DNA from: Octopus sinensis
Taxonomy: Eukaryota
DNA: 64,000 nucleotides
NCBI RefSeq assembly: GCF_006345805.1
Contig: NC_042997.1
Coordinates: forward strand, 79,236,001 to 79,300,000
Reading direction: 5' to 3'
Program-made: the position numbers and the translations under genes
Part shown: positions 26,789-40,795 of the stretch, piece after piece
How positions within the stretch are numbered: position 1 is the first letter of the stretch
Layout: the number at the start of each line of letters is the position of its first letter
The notes under the pieces: generated by a model
What the model was told of the DNA's origin: nothing
What the model saw: the letters and a program-made list of their open reading frames with translations, nothing else
Databases searched by the model: none

Positions 26789-27479
26789 AGAAGAAGAGAG
26801 AGGAAAGAAGATCCAGAGCGGGCAACAGGGAAAGAGAAAAAGACGACTGGTGTTTACGAGTTGCACATGGTGAAAGGCGGATGTTTACGAAAACAGAGCA
26901 AAGTGGGTTTTTAAAGGCAAAAGAGTGGAGACAAGGTTGGTAACGCAACAGATGTGTGTGTATGTGTGAGTGTGTGTGCGTGTGTGTGAGGCGAGATGAA
27001 AAAACAAAAAATATATATGTGTGTGTTAGTGTGTGCGTCTGTGTGTAGGCGTGTGAGGTAGGGCGAGATAGTGGTCAGCTTAGCAGACAAAGGTCAGTCA
27101 TAGTAAGAAAAGAGGAAGGAGGAAGGGAGGGAGGGAAGGGGTGGGTGCGTATGTAGCGTGCCAGCGTGTGTTGAGTAGTAGTGTGTGTGTTGTCCATGTC
27201 GTGGTGGTATAAATGGCGAGTAGATTGAATGTGTGTAAGAAGTAATGTATATATTTAGCAATGTGTGTATATGTGTGCGCGTGTGTGTAACGAAAAGGGG
27301 GGGGTTAAGGAAAAAGGACTCCAGCTGAGGGGAAGATGGAAGAGTGGTCCCGCGGAGGCGGGCGTGGGAAAACCCAACGACACGCGACGGTCCCAGGAAC
27401 GGGCGGGAGGTCTTGTCGGTTCCAAGAGCGAGGTGCCTGCGGAGCGTATGCGTATGCGAACCGGCGCAAGCGCGTGCGT

Positions 27480-29400
27480 GCGTGAGTCTGCGCGTAAGTA
27501 TGTATGTGTGTGGATGTGTGAGTGTGTCTGTGTGTATGTCCGGGTGGCAGTGTGTCCGATGAATGTATGTGAGTATGTTTGTATGTATGTGTGTGCATAG
27601 ATGTATGTCCGTGTGTGTGTGTGTGTGTGTATGTGTGTGAGTGTGTATGTATGTACGTGTGGGTGTGGGGAAGTGTGTGTATGTGCATGTGTGTGCGCGT
27701 ACATACAGGTGTGTGAGTGAGTGTGTGTATGTATGTGTGAGTGTGTATGTATGTGTGTAGGATGCATGTATGTGTATGGGTGTATGTATGCGTGTGTGTA
27801 TGTATGTATGTGTACGTGCGTGTGTGTGTGTGTATGCGTGTAGGTGTGCGCGTGTGCATGCATGCATGCACGCATGTGCGTATGTGTGTGTGCATGTGTG
27901 TGGGTATATATGTATGTGCGTATATGTGTGTGTGTGTGCGTACATGTGTGTGTGTGTGTATGTAGGTGTGTAGGCGTGTGTGTATAGGTGTATGTATGTA
28001 AGTATGTATGTGTGTGTATGTATGTGTGTGTATGTAGGTGTGTGGGCGTGTGTATATGTGTGTGTATGTAGGTGTGTGGGCGTGTGTATATAGGTGTATG
28101 TGTGTATGTCTGGGTGTGTCCGTGCATGTTTGTGTGTGTGTGTGTATGCATGTGTATGTAGGTGTGTGTGTACGTGTGTAATGTATGTGTGTATGCGTGT
28201 GTGTGTGGGAGTGTAGGTGTGTGTGTGCGTGTATGGGTGTTTGTCATGCATGTGTGTGCGCGTGCAGGTGAGTGTGTGTGTAAGTATGTGTGTGTGTATG
28301 TTTGTGTGAGTGTGTATGTATGTGCGTATAGGAGTATGTGGGTATGTGTGTGTGTATGTATATGGGTGTATGTATGTATGTGTGTGTGTGTGCATGTGTA
28401 TAAGTATGTGTGTGTGCGTATGTGTGTATATGTGTATGTGTGTGTGTTTATGTATGTGTGTATGTATGTGTGTAGGCGTGTGTGTGAAGATGTATGTTTG
28501 TATGGGTGTGTGTCCGTGTGTGTTTGTGTGTGTGTGTAGGTAGATGTGTGTGTCTGAGTGAGGGTATGGCTGTGTAGGTGTGTGTGTGTATGAATGTAAG
28601 TGTGTGTGTATACAAGTGTAATGTATGTATGTAGGTGTGTGTATGTGTACGTGTGCGTGTGTATGTGTGTGTGTGTATGCGTGTGAGTGTGAGTGTATGG
28701 GTGTATGTCTGTGTGTGTGTATGTCTGAAGTAGGTATGTATGTGTATGTATGTATGTGTGTGTGTGTGTGCAGGTATGTGTGTGTGTGTGAGTAGGTGTG
28801 CGTGTATGTATGTGGGTAGGGATGCATGCGAGTGTGTGGGTATGTATGCATACATACGCACGCGCACATCCGAAGCAAACCCACACACACGAAGCGCGCC
28901 CACGCACACAACGCACAAGCAGTACAACGCAAGCCCAAGGGGCCGACCAAGCCCCCAGCGAGCGCCAAGGCGCGCGAGCGCAAAGGCGCGCGAGCGCAAA
29001 GGCGCGCGAGCGCAAAGGCCCTCGAACGCCCCGCTACGCGGGAACCAAGGATCCATAGGCCAAAACCGGAAAGCAGAAAAGAGGGGGGGCTGCCTGGATG
29101 CAAAAAGGTGTATGTGTGTGTGCATTCAGTGTGAGGGTGTGCATGTGTAGGTATGTATGTATGTATGTGCCTACATGTATGTTTGCATGTGTGTGTGTGA
29201 AGTATGTACGTGCGGTGTGTGTGTGTGAGTGTGTGTGTATGTATGTGCGTATGTGTGTGTGTATGTCTGTGTGTGTGTGTGTGTAAGTATGTATGTGTGT
29301 GCGTATGTATGTGTGTATGTGCATGTTGGTTTGTATGTTAGTGTGTGTTAGTATGTCTGTAAGTGTGTGTGATTAAATGTGTGAATGTATGTACGTAGAT
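27480..29400. repeat. (GT/GTAT)n microsatellite within P2 3' UTR
   Basis: Degenerate GT/GTAT repeats, interrupted by a GC-rich block at 28850-29110. Confidence 0.95.
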
Positions 29401-32400
29401 GGGTCTACGTATGTGTGTGTGCACAGGCGTGTGGGAGTAGGTGGTGGTGGTGTGGGAGGTAGGGGGTGGTGGGAGGTAGGTGGGTGGGTGTGGGAGGTAG
29501 TGTGGTGTGGGTGTGTGCGTGTGGAGGTAGGTGGGTGGGTGTGTGTAGGTTGTGTGTCCACAAAAAAAAAAAAAACGGATCTCAAGAGGAGGGGCTGTGT
29601 TAAGTCCGTGTGGGGTGGTAGTTTGTAGGGTGAAGATGTAGCGTTGCTCCAAGTGGAGCCTGGAAAGTGGGCGACCATGGTGGGGGGCGAGACCAAACCT
29701 GAGATGCCATCTAGGGAATGGCCGGCCGAGCGGAAGTGGCGTGCGACGGGAGAAAGAGAGTGTAGGCGAACGTCCCTCAAGTGTTCAGTGAAACGGTCGG
29801 ACAACCGCGTCCCGTCTGTCCTACATACAGCATCCCGCATAGGTTGCATTTAATGCAGTAAATAAGGCCAGACGAGGTGCACGTAAAAGAGTGCCTAATG
29901 CGTACAGTGTGCAGGTTGGAGCCGGTGACAGCGGTGGTGTTGGTGATGAAGGGGCAAGTGTTTGCAACGGGATCTAGAGCAAGGGAATGATCCGTGTGGG
30001 GCTGAGGGGGAAGAGAGAGGGTGCTGTGGACCATGAGGTCACGCAGATTGCGGGCTCGTTTGAAAGAGGACAGGGGTAGGTTAGGGAAAATGGGCGGGTG
30101 GTGGGATCAAGCTGGAGGCGACGGAAGGCACGTAGTATCTTGCGACGAAGGGGTAGGGTAGGGGGTGGAAAAGGAGGGGGAAGGGGGTGCGGTTGGGGGG
30201 TGTGGCGGGGGAAGGGCGCGGGTGAGGGCATCAGAGAGGAGTATGGGTGGGTAACCTCGGAGTCTGAACATGCGGGCCAGGTATTGAGATTGGGTCTCGA
30301 AATCCTGGTCGCGGCTGCACAAACGTTGGAGGCGGAGGAACTGGGAGTAGGGGATGGCTCGTTTGGTGTGGAAGGGGTGGGAGGAAGAGAAGTTGAGATA
30401 GAGGTGGGAATCCGTAGGTTTAAAAAAGGCGGTGGTGGTGAGAGAGCTGGAGGGGTGATCGATGCAGAGAGAGATGTCAAGGAAGTTGACAGAGGTGTTG
30501 GAGATGGTGGAGGTGAATTGAAGAGAGGGTGAAAGTTGGAAAGGAAAGAGATGAATTGCAGAGAAGTTCACGGGAAAGGGAGGTGGCACCTACGCAGTCG
30601 TCGATATAGCGACCGTATAGTTCGGGGGTCGGCCCAGAGAACTGGGAGAACACTTGGGCCTCAATGTAGCCAAGAAAGAGATTGGCGAAATTGGGGCCCA
30701 TCCTAGTTCCCATCGCGACCCCGGACACCTGTTGGTACGTTTCCCCGGCGAACGTGAAGCAATTGAGGGTGAGGACGAGCTCAGCCAACCGGAGAAGGGT
30801 GGGGGTGCTGGGGGTGGGGGTGCTGGGGGTGGGGTCGGGACGACAGTCGAGGAAGTGTTGGAGGGCTAGGAGACCGTCATTGTGGGGAATCACTGTGTAC
30901 AGGGATTTTACATCTAAAGTGAAGAGGAGGTGTGAGGGGCTGGAAGGGAAGAAAAAGGAATTGAAGAGACGGAGGGCGTGGTTGGTGTCGTGTATGTGGG
31001 ATGGGAGGGCTGCGACTAAGGGGGACAGGATGCGGTCGAGGTATAGGGAGATGAGTTCAGTGGGGCAATTACAGGCAGAGACTATGGGACGGCCAGGATT
31101 AGAGGTTTATGGATCTTGGGAAGGAAGTAGATGGTGGAGGTGCGGGGTGTGCGGACGATGAGGTTGGTGGCGGTGAGGGGGAGAGCGGAGGAGGAGATGA
31201 GGTCGTGGATGGTGGAGGACACTCGCTGTTGGTAGGAGGAGTGGGATCGGAGGGGAGGAGGCGATAGAAGAGTGGATTTTGAAGCTGGTTGAGCGCTTCC
31301 TCCCTGTATAGGTCCGCGCGCCACACTACCACTGCCCGCTTTGTCCCCGGTTTGATGACAATGTCATCACGACGGCGGAGTGGCGAAGGGCAATGGATTC
31401 GGCCCGAGTGAGGTTGGCTCGGCGGGGTCTTGGTGCAAAGTTGAAACGGTGGACCAAAGCGTTGCAGTCATGTACAAACGAATCTAGGCTACTGAAAAGG
31501 CCTGGGGGCGGCGTCCAGATGGATGGACGACGCCCCAGCTCAAAAAGGCAATCCTGATTGTTGTGACGCTGCGGGGACGCGTGGTAGTATGTGCGAAGTT
31601 TGAGGCGGCGCAGGAACAGGTTGACGTCCGCCCGAGTCTCGAACTCATCACAGTGGCGCGTGAGTGGCGTGAAGCGGAGACCCTTACTGAGGAGGGAGCG
31701 CTCAGCGGCGGAGAGGGGGAGGTGGGGGGTATAGTGACAACAGCGCAAGGAAGCGGGGTGGTGGAGGACTAGGGGCAGGCGGAGGGGGTGCAGGGGTGTG
31801 AGGGGAGGGTAGGGGTGGTTGGGTGAGATGGGTTAGGCGTAGGAAGGTCACGGTGGGGGGTGTGTGGGTCCGTGGAAGGGTGGGGTAGGTGCGAAGGAGG
31901 GGGGGAACAGTGGGGGAGGATGGGGAAGGGGGTGAGGGGTTGAGGAGGAGGTGGAGTTTTTTGTTTTTTGTGTGTGAGAGGTGGTTGTAGAGTTGGTGGT
32001 TGAGATTAAGAATGAAGCGGAGGATAGGTTGGGTGAAGAGTGGGGGCAGAGGGCGGAGAGAAGGAGGTAGGCCTGGGGAAGTTGATGGTCGAGGGAGTCA
32101 AGGAGGGGGCGGTGAAGCGGATGGTGGCGCGGAGGAGGGAGCGGGAGGTACGAGCGAGGGTGTTCGATGAAGGGGGAGGAATAGGGGGTAGCGTGGAACT
32201 TCAAGAGGAACCCGCGGGGTGTGACATGATGGCGGAGGCACCGGCTAAGAAAGGAAAGATGACTCGAGTGGCGGGTTTTCTTAAAAAGCAAGCGGGAGAG
32301 TTTTATAGCAGGTGGCGGAACATTGTGGGGGAAAGAACGCGAGGTAGCGGCTGAGGAGGGATTGAAGGTGTTGGACGAACGAGTGCAAGTCAGGCATGAT

Positions 32401-32736
32401 GAGAAGTGGTGGCACAGGTAAAGGTGGGTGGTGGCGAAACAGGAAAAAGGAGAGACACAAGGAAACAACGAAAGAAGAAAACGGTGAAGACGGTTTGAAA
32501 ACAATAGAAAAAAGTTGAAAAGTCAGGAAAGAGATTTGAGAGTCCACGGACAGATTAGGTAATGATTTTCAATCACGGTAATGGTGGTACTCCGGAAGAA
32601 GGTTGCGGGTGATCCGTAGGTCAGGAAGAATGGTAACAATAATCCGTAGGTGCAAAAAATCCGGGAGTTGGTATCCAAGGTACAAGGGGTCCGTGTAGGG
32701 GCGCAGTGGTATAATTTTAATCCAAACGGGAAACAA

Positions 32737-32917
32737 TATACACACACGTATATATATATATATACACATATACATACGTATATATATATATATATATATA
32801 TATACATACGTATATATATATACACACGTATATATATATACACACGTATATATATATACACACGTATATATATATACACACGTATATAATATACACACGT
32901 ATATATATATACACACG

Positions 32918-32977
<60 letters not shown>

Positions 32978-33354
32978 TACATACGTATATATATATATAC
33001 ACACGTATATATATATATATATACATATACACGTATATATATATATACACACGTATATATATATATATATACATATACATACGTATATATATACACACGT
33101 ATATTATATATATATACATATACATACGTAATATATACATACATATATATATATATATAACATACATACGTATATATATATATATATATACTATACATAC
33201 GTATATATATATATATATACATATACATACGTATATATATATATATATATATACATACGTATATATATATATATATACATACATATACATACGTATATAT
33301 ATATATATACATACATATACATACGTATATATATATATATATACATATACATAC

Positions 33355-33388
<34 letters not shown>

Positions 33389-33403
33389 CATACATATACA
33401 TAC

Positions 33404-33442
<39 letters not shown>

Positions 33443-33447
33443 TATAC

Positions 33448-33484
<37 letters not shown>

Positions 33485-33556
33485 CATACGTAATATATTA
33501 TATATATATATACATATACATACGTATATATATATATATATATATATATACATACG

Positions 33557-33588
<32 letters not shown>

Positions 33589-33874
33589 CGTATATATATA
33601 TATATATATATATACATACGTAATATATATATATATATACATATACATACGTATATATATATATATATATATAGACATATACATACGTATATATATATAT
33701 ATATATACATATACATACGTATATATATAATATATATCATATACATACGTATATATATATATATATATACAATACATACGTATATATATATATATATATA
33801 TACATATACATACGTATATATATATATATATATATCACATACGTATATATATATACACACGTTATATATATATA

Positions 33875-33918
<44 letters not shown>

Positions 33919-34026
33919 CGTATATATATATATCACAAGTATATATATATATACATATACATACGTATATATATATATACACAAGTATATATATAATACA
34001 TACATACGTATATATATATATACAAG

Positions 34027-34060
<34 letters not shown>

Positions 34061-34660
34061 CATACGTATATATATATACACACGTATATATATATATATA
34101 TATATACATATACATACGTATATATATATACACACGTATATATATATATATATATATATACATATACATACGTATATATATATACACACGTATATAATAT
34201 ATATTATACATATACATACGTATATATATACACACGTATATATATATATATACATATACATACGTATATATATATACACACGTATATATATATATATATA
34301 CATATACATACGTATATATATATACACACGTATATATATATATATATACATATACATACATATATATATATACACACGTATATATATACATATATATACA
34401 TATACATACATATATATATATACACACGTATATATATACATATATATACATATACATACATATATACACACGTATATATATACATATATATACATATACA
34501 TACATATATATATATATATATACATGCGTATATATATATACACAAGTATATATATATATATATATACATATACATACGTATATATATATATATACATATA
34601 TATATACGTATACATATACATACGTATATATATATATATATACGTATACATATACATACG

Positions 34661-34692
<32 letters not shown>

Positions 34693-34698
34693 CATACG

Positions 34699-34732
<34 letters not shown>

Positions 34733-36182
34733 CATACGTATATATATATATATACATATATATATACATATACATACGTATATATATATATATATACATA
34801 CGTATATATATATATATATACACATATGTATATATATATACACACACGTATATATATATACACACACGTATATATATATATATATACATATACACACGTA
34901 TATATATATATATATATACATACGTATATATATATATATATATATATACATACGTATATATATATATATATACGTATACATATACATACGTATATATATA
35001 TATATATATACGTATACATATACATATATATACGTATACATATACATATATATACGTATACATATACATACGTATATATATATATATATACGTATACATA
35101 TACATACGTATATACATACGTATATATATATATATACGTATACATATACATACGTATATATATATACGTATACATATACATACGTATACATATACATACG
35201 TATACATATACATACGTATACATATACATACGTATATATATATTATATATATATATACGTATACATACGTATATATATATATATATATATATATTATACA
35301 TACGTATATATATATATATATATATATATATACGTATACATATACATATATACGTATACATATATACGTATACATATACATATATACGTATACATATACA
35401 TACGTATATATATATATACGTATACATATACATACGTATATATATATATATACGTATACATATACATACGTATATATATATATATATATACGTATACATA
35501 TACATACGTATATATATATATATACGTATACATATACATACGTATATATATATATACGTATACATATACATACGTATATATATATATACGTATACATATA
35601 CATACGTATACATATACATACGTATACATATACATACATATACATACGTATACATATACATACGTATACATATACATACGTATACATATACATACGTATA
35701 CATATACATACGTATACATATACATACGTATACATATACATACGTATACATATACATACGTATACATATACATACGTATACATATACATACGTATACATA
35801 TACATACGTATACATATACATACGTATATATATACATACGTATATATATATATATATACGTATACATATACATATATATACGTATACATATACATATATA
35901 TATATACGTATACATATACATATATATACGTATACATATACATATATATACGTATATATATATATATATATATATACGTATACATATACATATATATACG
36001 TATACATATACATATATATACGTATACATATACATATATATACGTATACATATACATATATATACGTATACATATACATATATATACGTATACATATACA
36101 TATATATATATATATACGTATACATATACATATATATATATATATACGTATACATATACATATATATACGTATATATATATA
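32737..36182. repeat. Composite (TA)n microsatellite with higher-order units
   Basis: About 3.4 kb. Includes an array of the 16-mer CGTATACATATACATA at about 35589-35826. Confidence 0.97.
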
Positions 36183-36634
36183 TCATCGTCATCATCATCA
36201 TCATTTAGCGTCCATTTTCCATGCTAGCATGGGTTGGACGGTTCTACTGGGGTCTGTGAAGCCAGAAGGCTTCATCAGGCCCAGTCAAATCTGGCAGTGT
36301 TTCTACGGCTGGATGCCCTTCCTAACGCCAACCACTCCGTGAGTGTAGTGGGTGCTTTTTACGTGCCACCCGCACTGGTGCCAGACAGAGCTGGCAAACG
36401 GCCACGAACGGATGGTGCTTTTTATGTGCCACCGGCACGAGGGCCAGGCGAGGCTGGCAACGGACACGAAACGGGGCGGTGCTGGCAACGGTCGCGAAAC
36501 GGAAAGTTCTCTTACATGCCACCGGCACTGGTAACACATCTGCAATTTCCATTGATCGATTTCGATTCTGATCCTCACTTGCCTCAATGGGTCTTCACAA
36601 GCAGAGTTTCGACATGCCACCGGCACTGGTAGCA
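36183..36634 (-). mobile_element. RTE 3' UTR/tail fragment
   Basis: Reverse complement of the 13430-13593 and 15840-16023 tails, with (ATG)n end and hairpin units. Embedded in TA array. Confidence 0.88.
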
Positions 36635-36691
36635 CATACGTATACATATACATACGTATATATATATATATATATATATACATATATATAC

Positions 36692-36758
<67 letters not shown>

Positions 36759-37308
36759 ATATATATATACATATACATACGTATATATATATATATATAT
36801 ACATATACATACGTATATATATATATATACATATATATACATATACATACGTATATATATATATATATATACATATACATACGTATATATATATATATAC
36901 ATATATATACATATACATACGTATATATATATATATATATACATATACATACGTATATATATATATATATACATATATATACATATACATACGTATATAT
37001 ATATATATATACATATACATACGTATATATATATATACACATATACATACGTATATATATATATATATACATATACATACGTATATATATATATATATAC
37101 ATATACATACGTATATATATATATATATACAATACATACGTATATATATATATATATATATATACATACGTATATATATATATATATATATACATACGTA
37201 TATATATATATATATACATATACATACGTATATATATATATATTACATACGTGTATATATATATTAATATATATATATATACATACGTATATATATATAT
37301 ACATACGT

Positions 37309-37339
<31 letters not shown>

Positions 37340-38676
37340 ATACATACGTATATATATATATATACATACGTATATATATATATATACATATACATACGTA
37401 TATATATATATATATACATATACATACGTGTATATATATATATATATATACATATACATACGTATATATATATATATATATACATATATATACGTATATA
37501 TATATACATATACGTATATATATATACATATACATATACATATATATATACGTATATATATACATATACATATATATATACGTATATATATACATATACG
37601 TATATATATACATATACGTATATATATACATATACGTATATATATACGTATACATATATATATACGTATATATATATACATACGTATATATATATACATA
37701 TGTAATATATATACATATATACATATGTATATATATATACATATATATATACGTATATATATATACATATATATATACGTATATATATATACATATATAT
37801 ATACGTATATATATATACATATATATATACGTATATATATACATATATATATACTATATATTATACATATATTATACGTATATATATATACATATATATA
37901 CGTATATATATACATATATATATACGTATATATATATATATACATATATATTATATATATATATACATATATATACGTATATAATATACATATATATACG
38001 TACGTATATATATATACATATATACGTATATATATATACATATATATACGTATATATATATACATATATACGTATATATATATATCATATATATACGTAT
38101 ATATATATACATATATATATATACGTATATATATATACATATATATATACGTATATATATATACATATATATATATACAATATATATATACATATTATAT
38201 ACATATATATATACGTATATATATATACATATATATACGTATATATATATACATATATATACGTATATATATATACAATATATATATATATATATACGTA
38301 TATATATACGTATATATATATACATATATATACGTATATATATATACATATATATACGTATATATATATATATATATATATACGTATATATATATACATA
38401 TATACGTATATATATATATACATATATACGTATATATATATACATATATATACGTAATATATATATATACATATATATACGTATATATATATAATATATA
38501 TACGTATATATATATACATATATATACGTATATTATATATATACATATATATACGTATATATATATACATATATATACGTATATATATATACATATATAT
38601 ACGTATAATATATATATATATATACGTATATATATATATATACATATATATATATAATACATACATATATATATAT
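36635..38676. repeat. Composite (TA)n microsatellite
   Basis: About 2 kb of TA/TACG/TACA repeats. Confidence 0.97.
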
Positions 38677-38729
38677 GAAAAAACAAGTCAAAAATAGAAA
38701 ATGCTAAGATAATTTTATAGTGAATCTTT

Positions 38730-38767
38730 CAGTACCGGTTCCGGTCATTTTGAGACCTTTTCAACTG
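38730..38767 (-). pseudogene. Degenerate hammerhead (PLE terminal-repeat remnant)
   Basis: CAG-UUGAAAA-GGUC(UCAAAAU)GACC-GGAA-CCGG-UA-CUG. All three helices still pair (palindromic ACCGGU), but three core positions are mutated. Confidence 0.55.
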
Positions 38768-39044
38768 TAACGATTAAATAATTAAATTTAGAAAAATTAG
38801 AAGAAAAGTTTTTTTAAAGGAATATTTCTATAGTAGTGTTCAGATATAAGTGGCATTCTGCCTTTCTCTGACTCCCTTGTTTGCACTTGTATATATACAT
38901 ATATATACGTATATATATATATACATATATATACGTATATATATATATATATATATATATACGTATATATATATATACATATATATACGTATATATATAT
39001 ATATACATATATATACGTATATATATATATATACATATATATAC

Positions 39045-39945
39045 TGCAGTTCCTCTTTCAGAGCTTCCTTGCAGCTGGCAAACTTCCAAGAAAACTGAAG
39101 GAAGGTGAAATATGCCCTATTCAGAAAGGAGGTAGCAGAGCGGAGGCCAAGAACTACAGACCTATCTCTCTGACCTCACACATCAGCAAGGTCATGGAAC
39201 GAATAGTCAGAAGGAAACTGATCACCTTCCTTGAAGAAAATGACTTGCTGCCTGACACCCAACATGGTTTCCGACCAGGAAGAAGCTGCTTAACTCAGCT
39301 CCTACAACACTATGACTGGGTGCTGAAACGACTGCTCAACCACTCAAATGTGGAAGTGATATATCTCGACTTTGCAAAGGCCTTTGATAAAGTCTGCGTG
39401 ATCTTAGAATAGTTGGAAAACTGGGAGAATGGCTTCATGACTTTCTGAAAGATAGAAGTCAGGTGGTAGTAGCCAATGGGGCCACTTCCATTAACATGCA
39501 AATAGTGAGCGGTGTTCCGCAGGGCACTGTTTTGGGACCACTACTGTTCATAATGGCCCTCTCAGACATGCCCTCAGCCATGCAGAGAGCCACGATCACA
39601 AGTTATGCAGATGATACAAAAGTTTCACAGGCAATACAGAACCCTGAGGACACTAAACGTCTGCAATGTGAGCTGGACGAAATATACAAGTGGGCTGAAA
39701 AGAATAGCATGCAGTTCAATGCTGAAAAGTTTCAAGCTTTATGCTATCAGCATGCAAAACTAAATGCAATACCCAGTGAATACACTGGACCCGGAGAAAT
39801 CGCAATCCCAGAGGCACAATCAGTGCGTGACCTGGGTATTTACATGAGTGATGACGCAACCTTTCGTGTACATGTTGCTAAATTGGCAATGAAATGTAAA
39901 CGACTGGCCGGATGGATTCTTAGAACCTTTAGAACAAGAAACCAT
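39045..39945 (+). mobile_element. CR1-type RT fragment
   Basis: [52 protein letters not shown]. Internal deletion near 39390. Confidence 0.9.
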
Positions 39946-40560
39946 GATGGTTCTCAATGTGCTCACTAAAGGGTATCATTCTGTATTCTGGGAATGAAAT
40001 CTGTTGTCGATGCAGTGTGCATCTACGTCTGAGTGATAGTCCCGTGGACCCCACGTAGTCTTGGTGGCAGCCCGAGCATTTTATGACATGTTTTCAGAGG
40101 CACAAGTAAAATTAGTGAGCACATTGAGAGATGCGCAAAGCAACTACTACCACAATTTTTAATCTTTCCATTTTACCAATGTGCTATCGGAACACCAACA
40201 TAAATTAGACTAAACAAGGAAACATTCTTCATTGAAAAATACAAGCCCAAACTTAACCATTCCAACATACTTTTACAGAGAAATTCACTCCAAAAGAAAG
40301 AAAAAAAATTTTAAGCGATTATCTCCCTTACACCGGAAGAAATCACTTATTACTTCCCCTTATCTAGAACTCTTCTCAACGTAAACATAACGATGTAAGA
40401 AATTTGAAAAGCTGAACGCAAAACCGGTCATTTCTTCTAAACTATGTCATTGTAAGAAAAAAATTTATAACATTCTTCAGACATATTGACTCAAATATAT
40501 ATTTTTTAACCTTTTAAAACAAGCCTTCTGTAGTTTTTTCACTTTTTACTATTTTCTATA
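39946..40560. mobile_element. PLE GIY-YIG 3' fragment with 5' inversion
   Basis: Minus strand reads VIKCSGCHQDYVGSTGLSLRRRCTLHRQQI; plus strand reads SEHIERC...LNKETFFIEKYKPKLN. AGTGAGCACATTGAGA occurs on both strands at the junctions. Decayed hammerhead-like string at about 40403-40430. Confidence 0.7.
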
Positions 40561-40785
40561 TCATCATCATCATCATCATCATCGTTTAACGTCCGTTTTC
40601 CGCGCTAGCACGGGTTGGACGGTTTCGACCGGGGTCTGGGGAGCTAGGGACTGCCCCAGGCTCCAGTCTAGTCTGGCAGTGTTTCTACAGCTGGATGCCC
40701 TTCCTAACGCCAACCACTCCGCGAGTGTAGTGGGTGCTTTTTACGTGCCACCTGCACAGGTGCCAGAGGGGTCTGGCATCGGCCA
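40560..40785 (-). mobile_element. RTE 3' tail fragment
   Basis: (CAT)n followed by the reverse complement of the RTE 3' end. Confidence 0.85.
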
Positions 40786-40795
40786 TATATATATA

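Larger units (their letters stand above)
26655..32736 (-). mobile_element. Penelope-like element P2 (Neptune-like, Cys-rich GIY-YIG), near full length
   Basis: N-terminal region 32400-31326; RT (GVAMGTRMGP, RYIDD) 31300-30100; FTCTSSGLIYCIKCNLCGMLYVGQTGR at 29950-29830. Long GT-rich 3' UTR. Identical 27-bp direct repeat at both ends. Many frameshifts. Confidence 0.9.

Noticed and set aside
27094-29652. His/Thr-rich 586-669 aa ORFs
   Set aside because: They are translations of the CA/GT microsatellite in the P2 3' UTR.
32523-39108. ORFs up to 742 aa of YIYI/MYMY repeats
   Set aside because: They are microsatellite artefacts in all frames and on both strands.
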